A DNA stretch of 64,000 nucleotides, taken from Candidatus Melainabacteria bacterium SSGW_16 (GTDB lineage Bacteria > Cyanobacteriota > Vampirovibrionia > 2-02-FULL-35-15). The notes under the pieces are model-generated. The model had not been told where the DNA came from and ran no database searches. It was given only the letters and a program-made list of their open reading frames with translations. Shown here one piece after another: positions 36,874 through 46,283 of this stretch. Made by a program: the position numbers and the translations under genes. Numbering within the stretch: the stretch's first letter is position 1; every line of letters starts with the position of its first letter. The stretch lies in contig DUDS01000019.1 of NCBI GenBank assembly GCA_004769085.1, forward strand, positions 446-64,445, written 5' to 3'.

Positions 36874-38049
36874 ATGAAAAAATTATTCTTTATAACTGGC
36901 GAATTATCAGGTGATATACATGCTGCAAAAGTACTCAATGAACTTTATAAAATAATACCACCTAAAGATATTTTAGTTAAAGCCATAGGTTCAGTTAATC
37001 TTGAAAAAGCAGGAGCTGAAATATTTTTTGACTGCAAGTATCTTAGCTCAATGGGTCTTACTGAGGTTATTAAAAAACTTCCATTATATGTTGGTCTTGA
37101 AAGAGAGCTTTTGTCAAAACTAAGTACTTTCCTCCCTGACGTTGTAATTTTGGTTGATTTTCCGGGCTTTAATTTAAGAATTGCTAAGAAAATTAGAGAA
37201 AGATTTCCAAATACAAAGGTTGTTTATTATTTACCACCCCAGGTATGGGCTTGGAATGAAGGTCGTACAAAAATACTTGCTAAATATTGTGACCTTGTTT
37301 TATGTGGACTTCCATTTGAAGAAGAGTTTCACAAAAAGCGCGGGGTTAATGCTTATTATGTAGGAAACCCTCTTTTAAATGAATTAGAAATCTTTGATCG
37401 TGAAAAAGTTAGAAATGAATTTGGTATTACAAAAGAAGATACGTTAGTTGGTCTATTTCCAGGGAGTAGAGCATCAGAGATATATTATATGCTTCCTGTT
37501 TTACTTCAAGCAAGTGCATTACTTTATAAAGTTTTTCCTCACTATCGGTTTATGATAGCTCAAGCACCAACTATTTCTAACTTAGAGTCAGAAGTTCAGA
37601 ATGGTTTACAAAAACATGGTCTCTTAAATATTCGAGAAAAAATAAAAATCTTACCTCCAGGAAATAATCATAAACTTTTATATGCAAGTGACTTTGTTTG
37701 GCTTACTTCTGGAACAGTTACTTTAGAAGCTGCATTATACGAGACGCCAATGATTTTAGGTTATAAGAGTAATCAGATTAACTATCTTTTATATCTACTC
37801 GTTAAAAGAATAAATATGATTGGGTTGCCAAATATTATTCTAAGTGAAAAAATAGTACCTGAGCTTATTCAAAATGATGCCACTGCACAAAACTACTACC
37901 AAGCCACAAAAGAATGGCTTCAAGTTCATGGACATTTAGAAAAAATTAAAAACAATTTAAAAAGAGTAAAAGAAAAACTTGGTTCAAAGGATGCCTCAAG
38001 GGAAACAGCAGAAAGAATCATTAAATTAATAACAAAAAGGTCTTTTTAA
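36874..38049 (+). CDS. lpxB: Lipid-A-disaccharide synthase
   Basis: N-terminus MKKLFFITGELSGDIHAAKVL (compare IAGEASGDILGA); GT19 fold length of 391 aa. Confidence 0.8.
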   Translation: MKKLFFITGELSGDIHAAKVLNELYKIIPPKDILVKAIGSVNLEKAGAEIFFDCKYLSSMGLTEVIKKLPLYVGLERELLSKLSTFLPDVVILVDFPGFNLRIAKKIRERFPNTKVVYYLPPQVWAWNEGRTKILAKYCDLVLCGLPFEEEFHKKRGVNAYYVGNPLLNELEIFDREKVRNEFGITKEDTLVGLFPGSRASEIYYMLPVLLQASALLYKVFPHYRFMIAQAPTISNLESEVQNGLQKHGLLNIREKIKILPPGNNHKLLYASDFVWLTSGTVTLEAALYETPMILGYKSNQINYLLYLLVKRINMIGLPNIILSEKIVPELIQNDATAQNYYQATKEWLQVHGHLEKIKNNLKRVKEKLGSKDASRETAERIIKLITKRSF

Positions 38050-38055
38050 GCATTC

Positions 38056-38763
38056 TTAATTTAACAGATCAAAAGCTTTTCTTATCTCCTGCACATCTTT
38101 CCACATTTGTCCTTTTGGAGAATCAGGGGCTTTATTCCATTCATGTCTTAAGAGATACGATGGATGAAAAATAGGCATTATTTTTCTACCATTTAGTAAG
38201 GGATCATTTGAATCTATCCAGCTACCACGTATTTTTGTGATTTTTACATCTTTTACTTTTAAAACACCTTTTACTGCTACAGCACCAGCAAGAATTATAA
38301 TTTTTGGATCTATATAACGAATCTGAGCTTCCAGGTAATCACGACATGAAGCTGCTTCTTCCTCAAGAGGTGCACGGTTATTAGGTGGACGACATTTAAC
38401 AATATTACAAATATAAAGATGTTCTTTTCTGTTTAACTCTACTGAAGCAAATATTTTATCAAGCAATTGCCCGGCTCTACCAACAAAAGGAAGTCCCTGT
38501 AAATCCTCATTTTCTCCAGGTCCTTCTCCAATAATCATAATTTTTGCTTTTTCATTACCATCACTGAATACAACATTAGTTCTGCCGCTGCAGAGTACAC
38601 ATCTTTTGCATTTTAAAGCATCAGATTTTGCTTCTTCCAAGGATTTGTATTTTATTTGAACAAGTTGAGGTATAGGTGATTTAGGACTTTTTCCCTCTTC
38701 CTTCCTGATTTTTGCTTCTTGTTTTGATTCTTTAAGGCTGAATAAATTTAATTGACTGTCCAT
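38056..38763 (-). CDS. Uracil-DNA glycosylase, family 4
   Basis: GEGPGENEDLQGLPFVGRAGQLL is the family-4 UDG motif, together with a Cys cluster CKRCVLCSG. Confidence 0.8.
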   Translation of the reverse strand: MDSQLNLFSLKESKQEAKIRKEEGKSPKSPIPQLVQIKYKSLEEAKSDALKCKRCVLCSGRTNVVFSDGNEKAKIMIIGEGPGENEDLQGLPFVGRAGQLLDKIFASVELNRKEHLYICNIVKCRPPNNRAPLEEEAASCRDYLEAQIRYIDPKIIILAGAVAVKGVLKVKDVKITKIRGSWIDSNDPLLNGRKIMPIFHPSYLLRHEWNKAPDSPKGQMWKDVQEIRKAFDLLN

Positions 38764-38883
38764 AGATAATATTTTAACGCATTCTAGTAAAGGCTGAGCA
38801 AAGAATGTCTGGTAGCAACATCCTGAGCGTTGTAAATTGATGCACCAAATAGCCGAAGAGTCTGCATAGCAGCGACGAGGCGT

Positions 38884-40053
38884 TTAAGAAAAATAAGCAG
38901 AATTAAGTTTTACATAATCAAAACTCAAATCACATCCAAATGCTAGTCCTAATGCTTTGCCAAGTTTAAGATTTACAGTTAACTTAACTTCTTTAGATTG
39001 TTTTATTTCTTTATTAAGTTTGTTTTTATTAAACTCCACTGGTGTTCCATTTTTAAATACAAGTGTTTTATTTATAGAAATTTCAATTCTATTCTGATTA
39101 ACTAAAACACTTGTAGCACCAATTCTTGCTGCAGCACGACCCCAGTTAGGATCAGATCCAAATATTGCACATTTAAAAAGATTTGAACTTGCTATTGATC
39201 TTGCAATTTCATTTGCATCTTTTTGTGATTTTGCACCATTTACATACACTGTGATTACCTTATTTGCACCCTCACCATCAGCAACTATTTCTTTTGCAAG
39301 TTTAAGACATTGCTCATTTAATATTTTCTTGAAATTTGAAAATAAAGGGTCGTTTTTTTTTGTTATTTTCTTTTTACCGTGGCAATTTGAAAGAAGTATA
39401 ACCATATCATTTGTGCTCATATCACCATCTACTGATATAAGATTAAAGCTATTTTCTACAGCAGATTTTAATGCACTTTGTAACATAAGCTGTGATGCAT
39501 TAATATCAGTCATAAAGTAACAAAGCATTGTTGCCATATTTGGATGAATCATTCCTGCGCCTTTTGTAAACCCAACAATACTAAAGTCTTTCGTTTGCTT
39601 TTTAATAGTCTTTAGATATCTGTCAGTCGTAAGAATTGCTTTTGCTGCATTTTTTAAATTCCTAACATTTAATTTTGGTACAGCAGCAACTATTCCTTTT
39701 TCCATCTTCTCCATATCCAGATGAACCCCGATAACACCAGTACTTGCAACAAGCACTTCACTAGACTTTATTTTTAATATCCTGGCTGTTATTTCTCTGG
39801 TCTTTCTAACAGCATTTATACCTCTTTTACCTGTACAGGCATTTGCATTTCCAGAATTAACAACTATTGCCCTGATTTTTTGTTTTTTCTTTAATAAAAT
39901 CCTGTTTTCATCTACGCAGGCTGCACGAACTTGGTTTGTAGTAAAAACCCCTGCATAAACACATGGAACTGGTGAATAAATTAATGCCAGATCCGGCTTT
40001 CCTGTCCGTTTAAACCCACATGTAGCAGATGAATATAAAAAATGTGACTTCAT
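38884..40053 (-). CDS. argJ: Bifunctional glutamate N-acetyltransferase / amino-acid acetyltransferase
   Basis: GFKRTGKPDLALIYS, the ATMLCYFMTD self-cleavage/active-site Thr region, and 389 aa. Confidence 0.85.
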   Translation of the reverse strand: MKSHFLYSSATCGFKRTGKPDLALIYSPVPCVYAGVFTTNQVRAACVDENRILLKKKQKIRAIVVNSGNANACTGKRGINAVRKTREITARILKIKSSEVLVASTGVIGVHLDMEKMEKGIVAAVPKLNVRNLKNAAKAILTTDRYLKTIKKQTKDFSIVGFTKGAGMIHPNMATMLCYFMTDINASQLMLQSALKSAVENSFNLISVDGDMSTNDMVILLSNCHGKKKITKKNDPLFSNFKKILNEQCLKLAKEIVADGEGANKVITVYVNGAKSQKDANEIARSIASSNLFKCAIFGSDPNWGRAAARIGATSVLVNQNRIEISINKTLVFKNGTPVEFNKNKLNKEIKQSKEVKLTVNLKLGKALGLAFGCDLSFDYVKLNSAYFS

Positions 40054-40350
40054 GAATTTACATCCATTATGCTATCATTTTTGTAAGCCAATGGAAAAAA
40101 CTAAACTTATATTTTTCAGGGATTTTCTTTTCAGATATTTTATCACTGGTCTTTTCTTTGCAATTCTTATGTTTTCTATAACGAAATTTTTCTGGTTCAA
40201 GTGGTCATATTTTATCTGTTCAAGTTTTCAGTTAACCCAAAGCGAACTTGGCAGTCTTGTTGTAAATTCATTTTTGCAATTCAGATTCTTTCTGGTTTTT
40301 TTACTACTTGTACCTGCAATAGCACTTCATTGGACCATTAAAAGAAAACA

Positions 40351-40716
40351 CTAATCAGACACGCATACAGCATACAGTTCATGTGTAAACATATTATGTC
40401 TTCCCTGGCAATGCCTGCCAGAACCTTGTGGGCAATCATTATTACAAATCTCATCAGGTAATATTGGATCCTGAATAACACATTCAGGCGGAATACATGC
40501 AGGAGGGTCTTGGAATTGTGCTGGAGGTTGGGGAGTTGGCTTTTTGCCTTTTTTCTTTTTCCTATCCATCAAGTGTCCTTCAGGTTCATCTTCTTCTGGT
40601 GATACAGTCCTGTCATAGTGATATTTTTTCAAATCCTGTGCAGATGCCTGAAGTTGCATAAATGGTGCACTAAGTACAAAAGAGAGAAATATAATGGCAA
40701 AAGACTTTCCAAGCAT
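40351..40716 (-). CDS. Small secreted protein with K/G-rich basic tract and C-terminal 6-Cys domain
   Basis: Signal peptide MLGKSFAIIFLSFVLSAPFMQLQASA; ...RKKKKGKKPTPQPP...PACIPPECVIQDPILPDEICNNDCPQGSGRHCQGRHNMFTHELYAVCVSD. Confidence 0.5.
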   Translation of the reverse strand: MLGKSFAIIFLSFVLSAPFMQLQASAQDLKKYHYDRTVSPEEDEPEGHLMDRKKKKGKKPTPQPPAQFQDPPACIPPECVIQDPILPDEICNNDCPQGSGRHCQGRHNMFTHELYAVCVSD

Positions 40717-40795
40717 AACTTAAATATTCCCATCACTTGTTATAGGAATCTAAAATTCATACATATAGCTTAATAGGGGTATCCCGACAGGAATA

Positions 40796-41236
40796 CTAAT
40801 CAGGGACACAGACAGCAATATTTTCCTCACCAACTCTTATATCTTTTCTTCCCTGACAATGGGAATCAGCTTTACACTTGTTTTCGCACTCATTAGCTGA
40901 TAATGGGTCCCTAAGGATAGTACAAACTGGTGGATCACATGGAAATAACGGTGGTGAAACCGGGCTATTAATAACACTATTTTGATCCGGATAAAATTCA
41001 TCAAAATCATTTGCTCCAAAAGCATCTGTATCTATACCGCTGCCTTTTTTCCCACCTTTTTTACCTCCATGTTTACCCTTTTTTCTTTCCATATCAGCCG
41101 AATCATAACCTGTTCTTGCATTTAATGAACCATCTTTAGTATTGTTATAGCCATCATAAAATTTAAATTCACCTGCACTAACTGTCAAAGCAGCAACACC
41201 AAACAATAAAAAAATTGTCGTATAAAATACCCTCAT
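40796..41236 (-). CDS. Small secreted protein, tandem paralog with the same C-terminal 6-Cys domain
   Basis: Signal peptide MRVFYTTIFLLFGVAALTVSA; RKKGKHGGKKGGKKGSG; ...FPCDPPVCTILRDPLSANECENKCKADSHCQGRKDIRVGEENIAVCVPD. Confidence 0.5.
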   Translation of the reverse strand: MRVFYTTIFLLFGVAALTVSAGEFKFYDGYNNTKDGSLNARTGYDSADMERKKGKHGGKKGGKKGSGIDTDAFGANDFDEFYPDQNSVINSPVSPPLFPCDPPVCTILRDPLSANECENKCKADSHCQGRKDIRVGEENIAVCVPD

Positions 41237-41454
41237 TAATTAATGATATTCCTTATTTTTTCAGGGTTAAAACTTAAATTTCACTAATACAGAAATAGTA
41301 ATGCCCCTAATGGAAATCCCTAAGTCCAAAAAGGTCCTGTTTTCAAATCAATGTTTACATTTTTGATTCCTTGAAAATGCTCTTAATTAAGGATTAATCC
41401 TGAAAATTTTACATATAGCACAAAATTATAAAAATTTCGTCTATTATTCTCCAT

Positions 41455-42237
41455 ATGGCTTTTGATATAAACAAACTTTCAAAAAGAGAAAAAATGCTGG
41501 TTGGTGTTCTGATTTTAGCAGTTTCTACAGTCCCATTTTTTCAGCTTACAATACCTGCATGGAATAAATATAACGAATTCAATACAAAAATAAAAGAACT
41601 ACAGAATAAATTGTTTGAAACCGGAAGTAAAATTAAAAAACTTGAAAGATTAAAATCTGAGAATCAGAAAATGCTCAAGAAAGTAGAAGGTCAAAAAATT
41701 TATCTTGCAAAATCGTATGAGATTGATTTTCTTGTCCAGGATCTGAAAAAAATATGTGATGAGAGTCTTATAAGCCTTGAAAGCTTTACACCAACAAACC
41801 CCGAACCAGTAAACATTGTTCTTGAAAAACAACTTGAAGCTGACAGTGCAGGTGGACAAAGAAATAAACTAAAAGAAGCACTGGAAAAACTAAAAGGACA
41901 GGATTTACCTATTGACTTATATCGCTTTCCTGTAGAAGTAAGAGTTGCAGGAAACTTTTCAGAAGTACTTGAGCTTTTAAAAAAACTGGAAACTTACGGC
42001 AGAGTAATCTCTGTAGAAAATATTTCAATTGGGAAAATCCAGTCAAAAGATTTTGGCGGGGGGAACAGACTCTCAAAATCAAAATCCAAAAAGAAGGCGG
42101 AAACAGGTGGTTTATTAAGCACATTTGATCTTGTAGCGTATAGCCTTCCCTTAAGTGATGAAAAAATTCCTGTAAAACAATTACAGAAATCGCTGGGTGC
42201 AAAGTCTTCCTTTTCAATTAAAAAAACCAATCGCTAA
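41455..42237 (+). CDS. Membrane-anchored coiled-coil protein with PilO/GspM-like C-terminal domain
   Basis: N-terminal TM, coiled coil, then LPIDLYRFPVEVRVAGNFSEVLELLKKLETYGRVISVENISIGK, which resembles PilO C-terminal regions. No other pilus genes are nearby. Confidence 0.4.
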   Translation: MAFDINKLSKREKMLVGVLILAVSTVPFFQLTIPAWNKYNEFNTKIKELQNKLFETGSKIKKLERLKSENQKMLKKVEGQKIYLAKSYEIDFLVQDLKKICDESLISLESFTPTNPEPVNIVLEKQLEADSAGGQRNKLKEALEKLKGQDLPIDLYRFPVEVRVAGNFSEVLELLKKLETYGRVISVENISIGKIQSKDFGGGNRLSKSKSKKKAETGGLLSTFDLVAYSLPLSDEKIPVKQLQKSLGAKSSFSIKKTNR

Positions 42238-42359
42238 TCGTAGAATTGTAGAGACATTCTAGATACAACATGTTTAGTTGACAGTACAATTTACATCTCT
42301 ACTGACAAAGCAGTTATCTCCTAGAAGCATTCAGTGTATAATATAATTTCCTTAGAGAA

Positions 42360-42809
42360 ATGAAGACTTACCTAGCAAAAAAACACGAAGTAAAGCAAAG
42401 CTGGTGGCTGTTAAATGCTGAAGGCCAAGTACTTGGCAGAGTTGCAAGTCAGGTTGCAGCAATATTAAGGGGAAAAACAAAACCGGAATTTACTCTAAAT
42501 GTTGATACAGGTGACTTTGTCGTTGTAGTAAATGTTGAAAAAATCAAAATCAGTGGTAAAAAGGAAAACAAGAAATTATACATAAGGCACAGTGGAATCC
42601 CGGGTGGATTTAAGTCGGTTTCTGTTGAAAAAATGAGACAGAAAAACCCTATAAAGATCCTAAAAAATGCAGTCAGAGGAATGATCCCACATACTACTTT
42701 AGGTGAAAAACAGTTTAAAAAACTAAAGCTCTATGTAGGGCAGGCACATCCACACAAGGCACAAAATCCAAAAGAACTAAAATTAACTTCTGCCGGCTCA
42801 AGCAGATAG
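42360..42809 (+). CDS. rplM: 50S ribosomal protein L13
   Basis: MKTYLAKKHEVKQSWWLLNAEGQVLGRVASQVAAILRGKTKPEFT. Confidence 0.9.
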   Translation: MKTYLAKKHEVKQSWWLLNAEGQVLGRVASQVAAILRGKTKPEFTLNVDTGDFVVVVNVEKIKISGKKENKKLYIRHSGIPGGFKSVSVEKMRQKNPIKILKNAVRGMIPHTTLGEKQFKKLKLYVGQAHPHKAQNPKELKLTSAGSSR

Positions 42810-42823
42810 TATGAGGTGAAACG

Positions 42824-43234
42824 ATGGCAAGAACAGTAAGCAAAAAAAATCAATTTATTGCAACAGGCAGAAGAAAAACTTCAGTAGCAAGGGTTTTTTT
42901 AAAAGGCGGCAAGGGAAAATTTATTATTAACGGCAAAGAACCAGTTAAATATTTAGGGGATGTATCATCATTTCTTAATCTCATAAAAAAACCTCTTATT
43001 GCAACACAGACCGAAACTAAATATGATGTAGACGCAAAAGTACATGGTGGTGGTATATCCGGGCAAGCCGATGCAATAAGGCTTGGCATAGCCCGAGCAC
43101 TTGTTTATATTAATTCTTCATATAAAGCTGTACTTAAATCAGAGGGACTTTTAACACGCGATCCGAGAGATAAAGAGCGTAAGAAATATGGACGCAAGAG
43201 GGCAAGAAAACGATTCCAGTTCTCAAAGAGATAA
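42824..43234 (+). CDS. rpsI: 30S ribosomal protein S9
   Basis: GGGISGQADAIRLGIARAL...RDPRDKERKKYGRKRARKRFQFSKR. Confidence 0.9.
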   Translation: MARTVSKKNQFIATGRRKTSVARVFLKGGKGKFIINGKEPVKYLGDVSSFLNLIKKPLIATQTETKYDVDAKVHGGGISGQADAIRLGIARALVYINSSYKAVLKSEGLLTRDPRDKERKKYGRKRARKRFQFSKR

Positions 43235-43265
43235 TTTTTCAAATTATTGCTCAATTAATCTAAAA

Positions 43266-43916
43266 ATGAAATTAAGTATTGAAAATATTGTAATCTTAAA
43301 AAATGATCTTTCTGCCGAACTACTTAACTATTATTCTTCATCACAGTTTTTGGCTATAGATTGTGAAATGATGGGATTAAATCCTGTGAGAGACAGGCTT
43401 TGCCTTATACAAATGTGTGACCAGAAAGAAAAAGTAACTCTGGTAAAGCTAGAATCAGACATTCTTTCAAAAGAAGTTAATCAAAGATCCCCAAATCTTA
43501 AAAAACTTCTTGAGGATCCAGAGATAAAAAAGATTTTTCATTTCGGCAGAACAGACATAGCTTTTCTCTATTGGTGGCTTGGTATAGAAATTAAAAACGT
43601 TTTCTGTACAAAAAGCGCAAGTAAACTAACAAGAACATATACTGATAAACACAGTCTGAAAGATCTATTAAAAGATACTTTAAGTGTTGATATTGATAAA
43701 ACCAGTCAGTTAACGGATTGGGGAGCACCTGAGCTTTCCAAAGATCAGATTAAATATGCAGCAAATGATGTTTTACATTTAATCCCTCTTCATTTCAGAC
43801 TTATTGATTTTCTAAAGAGAGAAAACCGGCTTGAAATTGCAGAAGAAGCAAATAAGTTCTTGCCTACACTGGCAAGACTTGATTTACTTGGATATATTGA
43901 TTTTTTTGCACATTAA
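43266..43916 (+). CDS. DEDDy 3'-5' exonuclease domain protein (RNase D-like)
   Basis: FLAIDCEMMGLNPVRDRLCLIQM (Exo I), IFHFGRTDIAFL (Exo II), and YAANDVLHLIPLH (Exo III with Tyr). The start is moved to MKLSIEN after the rpsI stop. Confidence 0.6.
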   Translation: MKLSIENIVILKNDLSAELLNYYSSSQFLAIDCEMMGLNPVRDRLCLIQMCDQKEKVTLVKLESDILSKEVNQRSPNLKKLLEDPEIKKIFHFGRTDIAFLYWWLGIEIKNVFCTKSASKLTRTYTDKHSLKDLLKDTLSVDIDKTSQLTDWGAPELSKDQIKYAANDVLHLIPLHFRLIDFLKRENRLEIAEEANKFLPTLARLDLLGYIDFFAH

Positions 43917-43989
43917 TTTGTATCCGCTGCCAGACTTTGCAAAGCAAAGATATGCTCATATACCTTTCATATGTTAAATTAATATTGAA

Positions 43990-45039
43990 ATGCAAAAGAA
44001 TGAAATATATAGAATCATCGATGCAAATCTAAACAGAGCTTCAGAAGCGCTTAGAGTCCTGGAAGACTGGAGCAGATTTGCAAAGAACAACCAGGTATTA
44101 TCACAGAAATTAAAATCACTAAGACATGAATTAAACAATTTTTTCCAGACAAATATTGTTTTCCACAGAGAGTCAGTAAGCGATGTAGGAAGATTTATTG
44201 AAAATAAAACAAAAAGAAACTCAGTGAGAGATATTATAAGAGCCAATAGTAAAAGATTTGAAGAGTCCGTTCGTACACTTTCTGAATATGGCTCACTTAT
44301 TGATTTAAATACAATCAGACTTGAAGAAATTCGTTATGAAATGTACACGATTGAAAAAGAGCTACTGAAAAATGAAAAAGTTCTCAGGTTGTTTAACGCT
44401 TCTTTATACCTGATTTCAAACAGCGATGGCTTCAGCTCCAATAAAGATTTTTTTAAAGTACTGGAAGGAGCAATAGAGGGCGGCATAGATATCATTCAGT
44501 TACGGGAGAAAAATCAAACCGAAAAAAAGATAATAGAAATTGGCAAGGAAATACAAAAACTAATAAACAACACAAATGTTTTATTTATAGTAAATGACAG
44601 GCTTGATCTGGCACTGGCATGTGATGCTGATGGTGTTCACTTTGGACAGAATGATCTGCCAGTACATGAGGCAAGAAAAATATCTCCTGATGGATTTATT
44701 ATTGGACTTTCAACTCACAATATTGAACAGGGAGTAGAGGGTAAAATCTCCGGAGCAGATTATCTTGGGGTAGGACCTGTATTTGCAACCCCGACAAAAC
44801 CTGATTACAATCCTTGTGGACTTGAATATGTAAAATGGGCAAATGAAGACCTAAAGAATATTCCCTGGTTTGCTATCGGCGGAATTGATGAAACAAATGT
44901 CCATAAAGTGACAGACGCTGGTGCAGGAAGAATTGCTGTGGTCCGTGCAATAATGAAAGCTGACAAGCCTAAAGAAATAAGTCGTAAGTTAAAAGAAATT
45001 ATAAATAAAAACAAATTGGCTTATGCAGAAAACGCTTAA
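43990..45039 (+). CDS. thiE: Thiamine-phosphate synthase with ~130-aa N-terminal extension domain
   Basis: The C-terminal 210 aa have LYLISN...IIQLREK...FIVNDRLDLALACDADGVHFGQNDL...LGVGPVFATPTK...IGGI, the ThiE TIM-barrel motifs. The N-terminal domain (IIDANLNRASEALRVLEDWSRF) is of unknown function. Confidence 0.75.
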   Translation: MQKNEIYRIIDANLNRASEALRVLEDWSRFAKNNQVLSQKLKSLRHELNNFFQTNIVFHRESVSDVGRFIENKTKRNSVRDIIRANSKRFEESVRTLSEYGSLIDLNTIRLEEIRYEMYTIEKELLKNEKVLRLFNASLYLISNSDGFSSNKDFFKVLEGAIEGGIDIIQLREKNQTEKKIIEIGKEIQKLINNTNVLFIVNDRLDLALACDADGVHFGQNDLPVHEARKISPDGFIIGLSTHNIEQGVEGKISGADYLGVGPVFATPTKPDYNPCGLEYVKWANEDLKNIPWFAIGGIDETNVHKVTDAGAGRIAVVRAIMKADKPKEISRKLKEIINKNKLAYAENA

Positions 45040-46060
45040 AATTAATCGAAAAAAGCTTGATGAACAAATTAAAAGCTTTTCTTCAGGCTCAGTTCTTGTA
45101 GTAGGGGATATCATCCTGGATGAATTTATTGTTGGTTCTCCTGAAAGAATTTCACGAGAAGCCCCTGTAGTTATACTTGAGCACATGTCAAGCCAATTTG
45201 CACTCGGTGGAGCTTCAAATGCAGCTCACAACATAAGTGCCATTGGCGCCAAATGTTTCCTGCTGGGTGTAGTAGGTGAAGATTTGTATTCAAAAGCGCT
45301 TGAAACAGAATGCCTAAAAAACAGCATTAGCCCTCTATTTATATTTGATAAAACCAGGCCAACCACAGTTAAAACCAGGCTTCTTTCAACAGCACATAAA
45401 CACCCGACAAGCACCATAATTTTTAAACAACAACTTTTAAGACTTGACAGACTCAGCAGAAGTCCAATAAATAAAAGTACTGAAGATTCCATTCTTCAGA
45501 AAATAAAGGACCACATTCCAAAAGTAAAATCTATACTAATATCCGATTACAATCTCGGGGTCTGTACCAAAAGATTAGTAACCCAGATTGTTAAATTATC
45601 CATAAAATATAAATTACCTGTGATTGCAGATGCATCAAAAAATTTCAACTGGTTTAAGGGCTCATTTCTTATTACTCCAAATCAGCCTGATGCTGAATCA
45701 GCTGTCGGATTCAGCATTAAAGATCATGAATCACTCATAAAAGCAGGAAAGAAACTTTTAAAATCCTCTTCAGCAAAAAATGTTCTCATGACAAGAGGTT
45801 CAGAAGGCATGGCTTTATTTACAGGTAATAATCCGGACAGTCCGTTTTTACTTCCTGCATTTAATGTCAGTGAAGTTTTTGACGTTACAGGAGCTGGTGA
45901 TACTGTAGCTGGGTTAATCTCTACCGGATTAAGCCTTAAATCATCACTTGAGACATCCTGCACAATTGCAAATCTTGCAGCAAGCATCGTAGTAAAAAAA
46001 TACGGGACTGCTGTAACAAGCATAAAAGAATTAAGAAGATATATGAACAGTCTTTCATGA
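45023..46060 (+). CDS. D-glycero-beta-D-manno-heptose 7-phosphate kinase (HldE domain I / RfaE1-like, PfkB family), stand-alone
   Basis: VLVVGDIILDEFIVGSPERISREAPVVILEH...GGASNAAHNISAIGAKCFLLGVVG closely matches the HldE kinase domain. A C-terminal GAGD motif is present and there is no adenylyltransferase domain. Confidence 0.7.
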   Translation: MQKTLKINRKKLDEQIKSFSSGSVLVVGDIILDEFIVGSPERISREAPVVILEHMSSQFALGGASNAAHNISAIGAKCFLLGVVGEDLYSKALETECLKNSISPLFIFDKTRPTTVKTRLLSTAHKHPTSTIIFKQQLLRLDRLSRSPINKSTEDSILQKIKDHIPKVKSILISDYNLGVCTKRLVTQIVKLSIKYKLPVIADASKNFNWFKGSFLITPNQPDAESAVGFSIKDHESLIKAGKKLLKSSSAKNVLMTRGSEGMALFTGNNPDSPFLLPAFNVSEVFDVTGAGDTVAGLISTGLSLKSSLETSCTIANLAASIVVKKYGTAVTSIKELRRYMNSLS

Positions 46061-46278
46061 GATTTCTTTGTACAAAAGTAAAGGGGTTCTGGCTGACATC
46101 TGCAGAAAATGTCACTAAAGTACATGATGCTGGTTTAAGTATTAAAAGCCCTTTTATAGGAATAGAAATCCACAGCAACAAGCCATCAGAAGAAGAATAT
46201 AATAAAATCAATAAAGCAATCGAGCTTTTATTTGAAAAAAACAAAAAAGTTTTTCCTGTAAGGTTCCTGGAAATATAA
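46057..46278 (+). CDS. Hypothetical small protein
   Basis: A 73-aa ORF filling the gap between the hldE-kinase and trpG-like genes, with no recognisable motif. Confidence 0.3.
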   Translation: MRFLCTKVKGFWLTSAENVTKVHDAGLSIKSPFIGIEIHSNKPSEEEYNKINKAIELLFEKNKKVFPVRFLEI

Positions 46279-46283
46279 AAATT

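Noticed and set aside
40052-40354. 100-aa plus-strand ORF in the argJ upstream region
   Set aside because: It is Phe-rich, which is typical of translated AT-rich non-coding DNA. It has no SD, and its ATG coincides with the divergent argJ start; more likely the argJ promoter region. Confidence is too low to list as a gene.
43188-43265. Upstream extension of the RNase D-like ORF overlapping rpsI
   Set aside because: The extension overlaps the 3' end of rpsI in another frame and encodes a low-complexity peptide. MKLSIEN at 43266 follows the rpsI stop.
43917-43989. Looked for a TPP riboswitch upstream of thiE
   Set aside because: The 73-bp leader is too short and lacks the conserved CUGAGA / ACCUGAUCUGG-type motifs.
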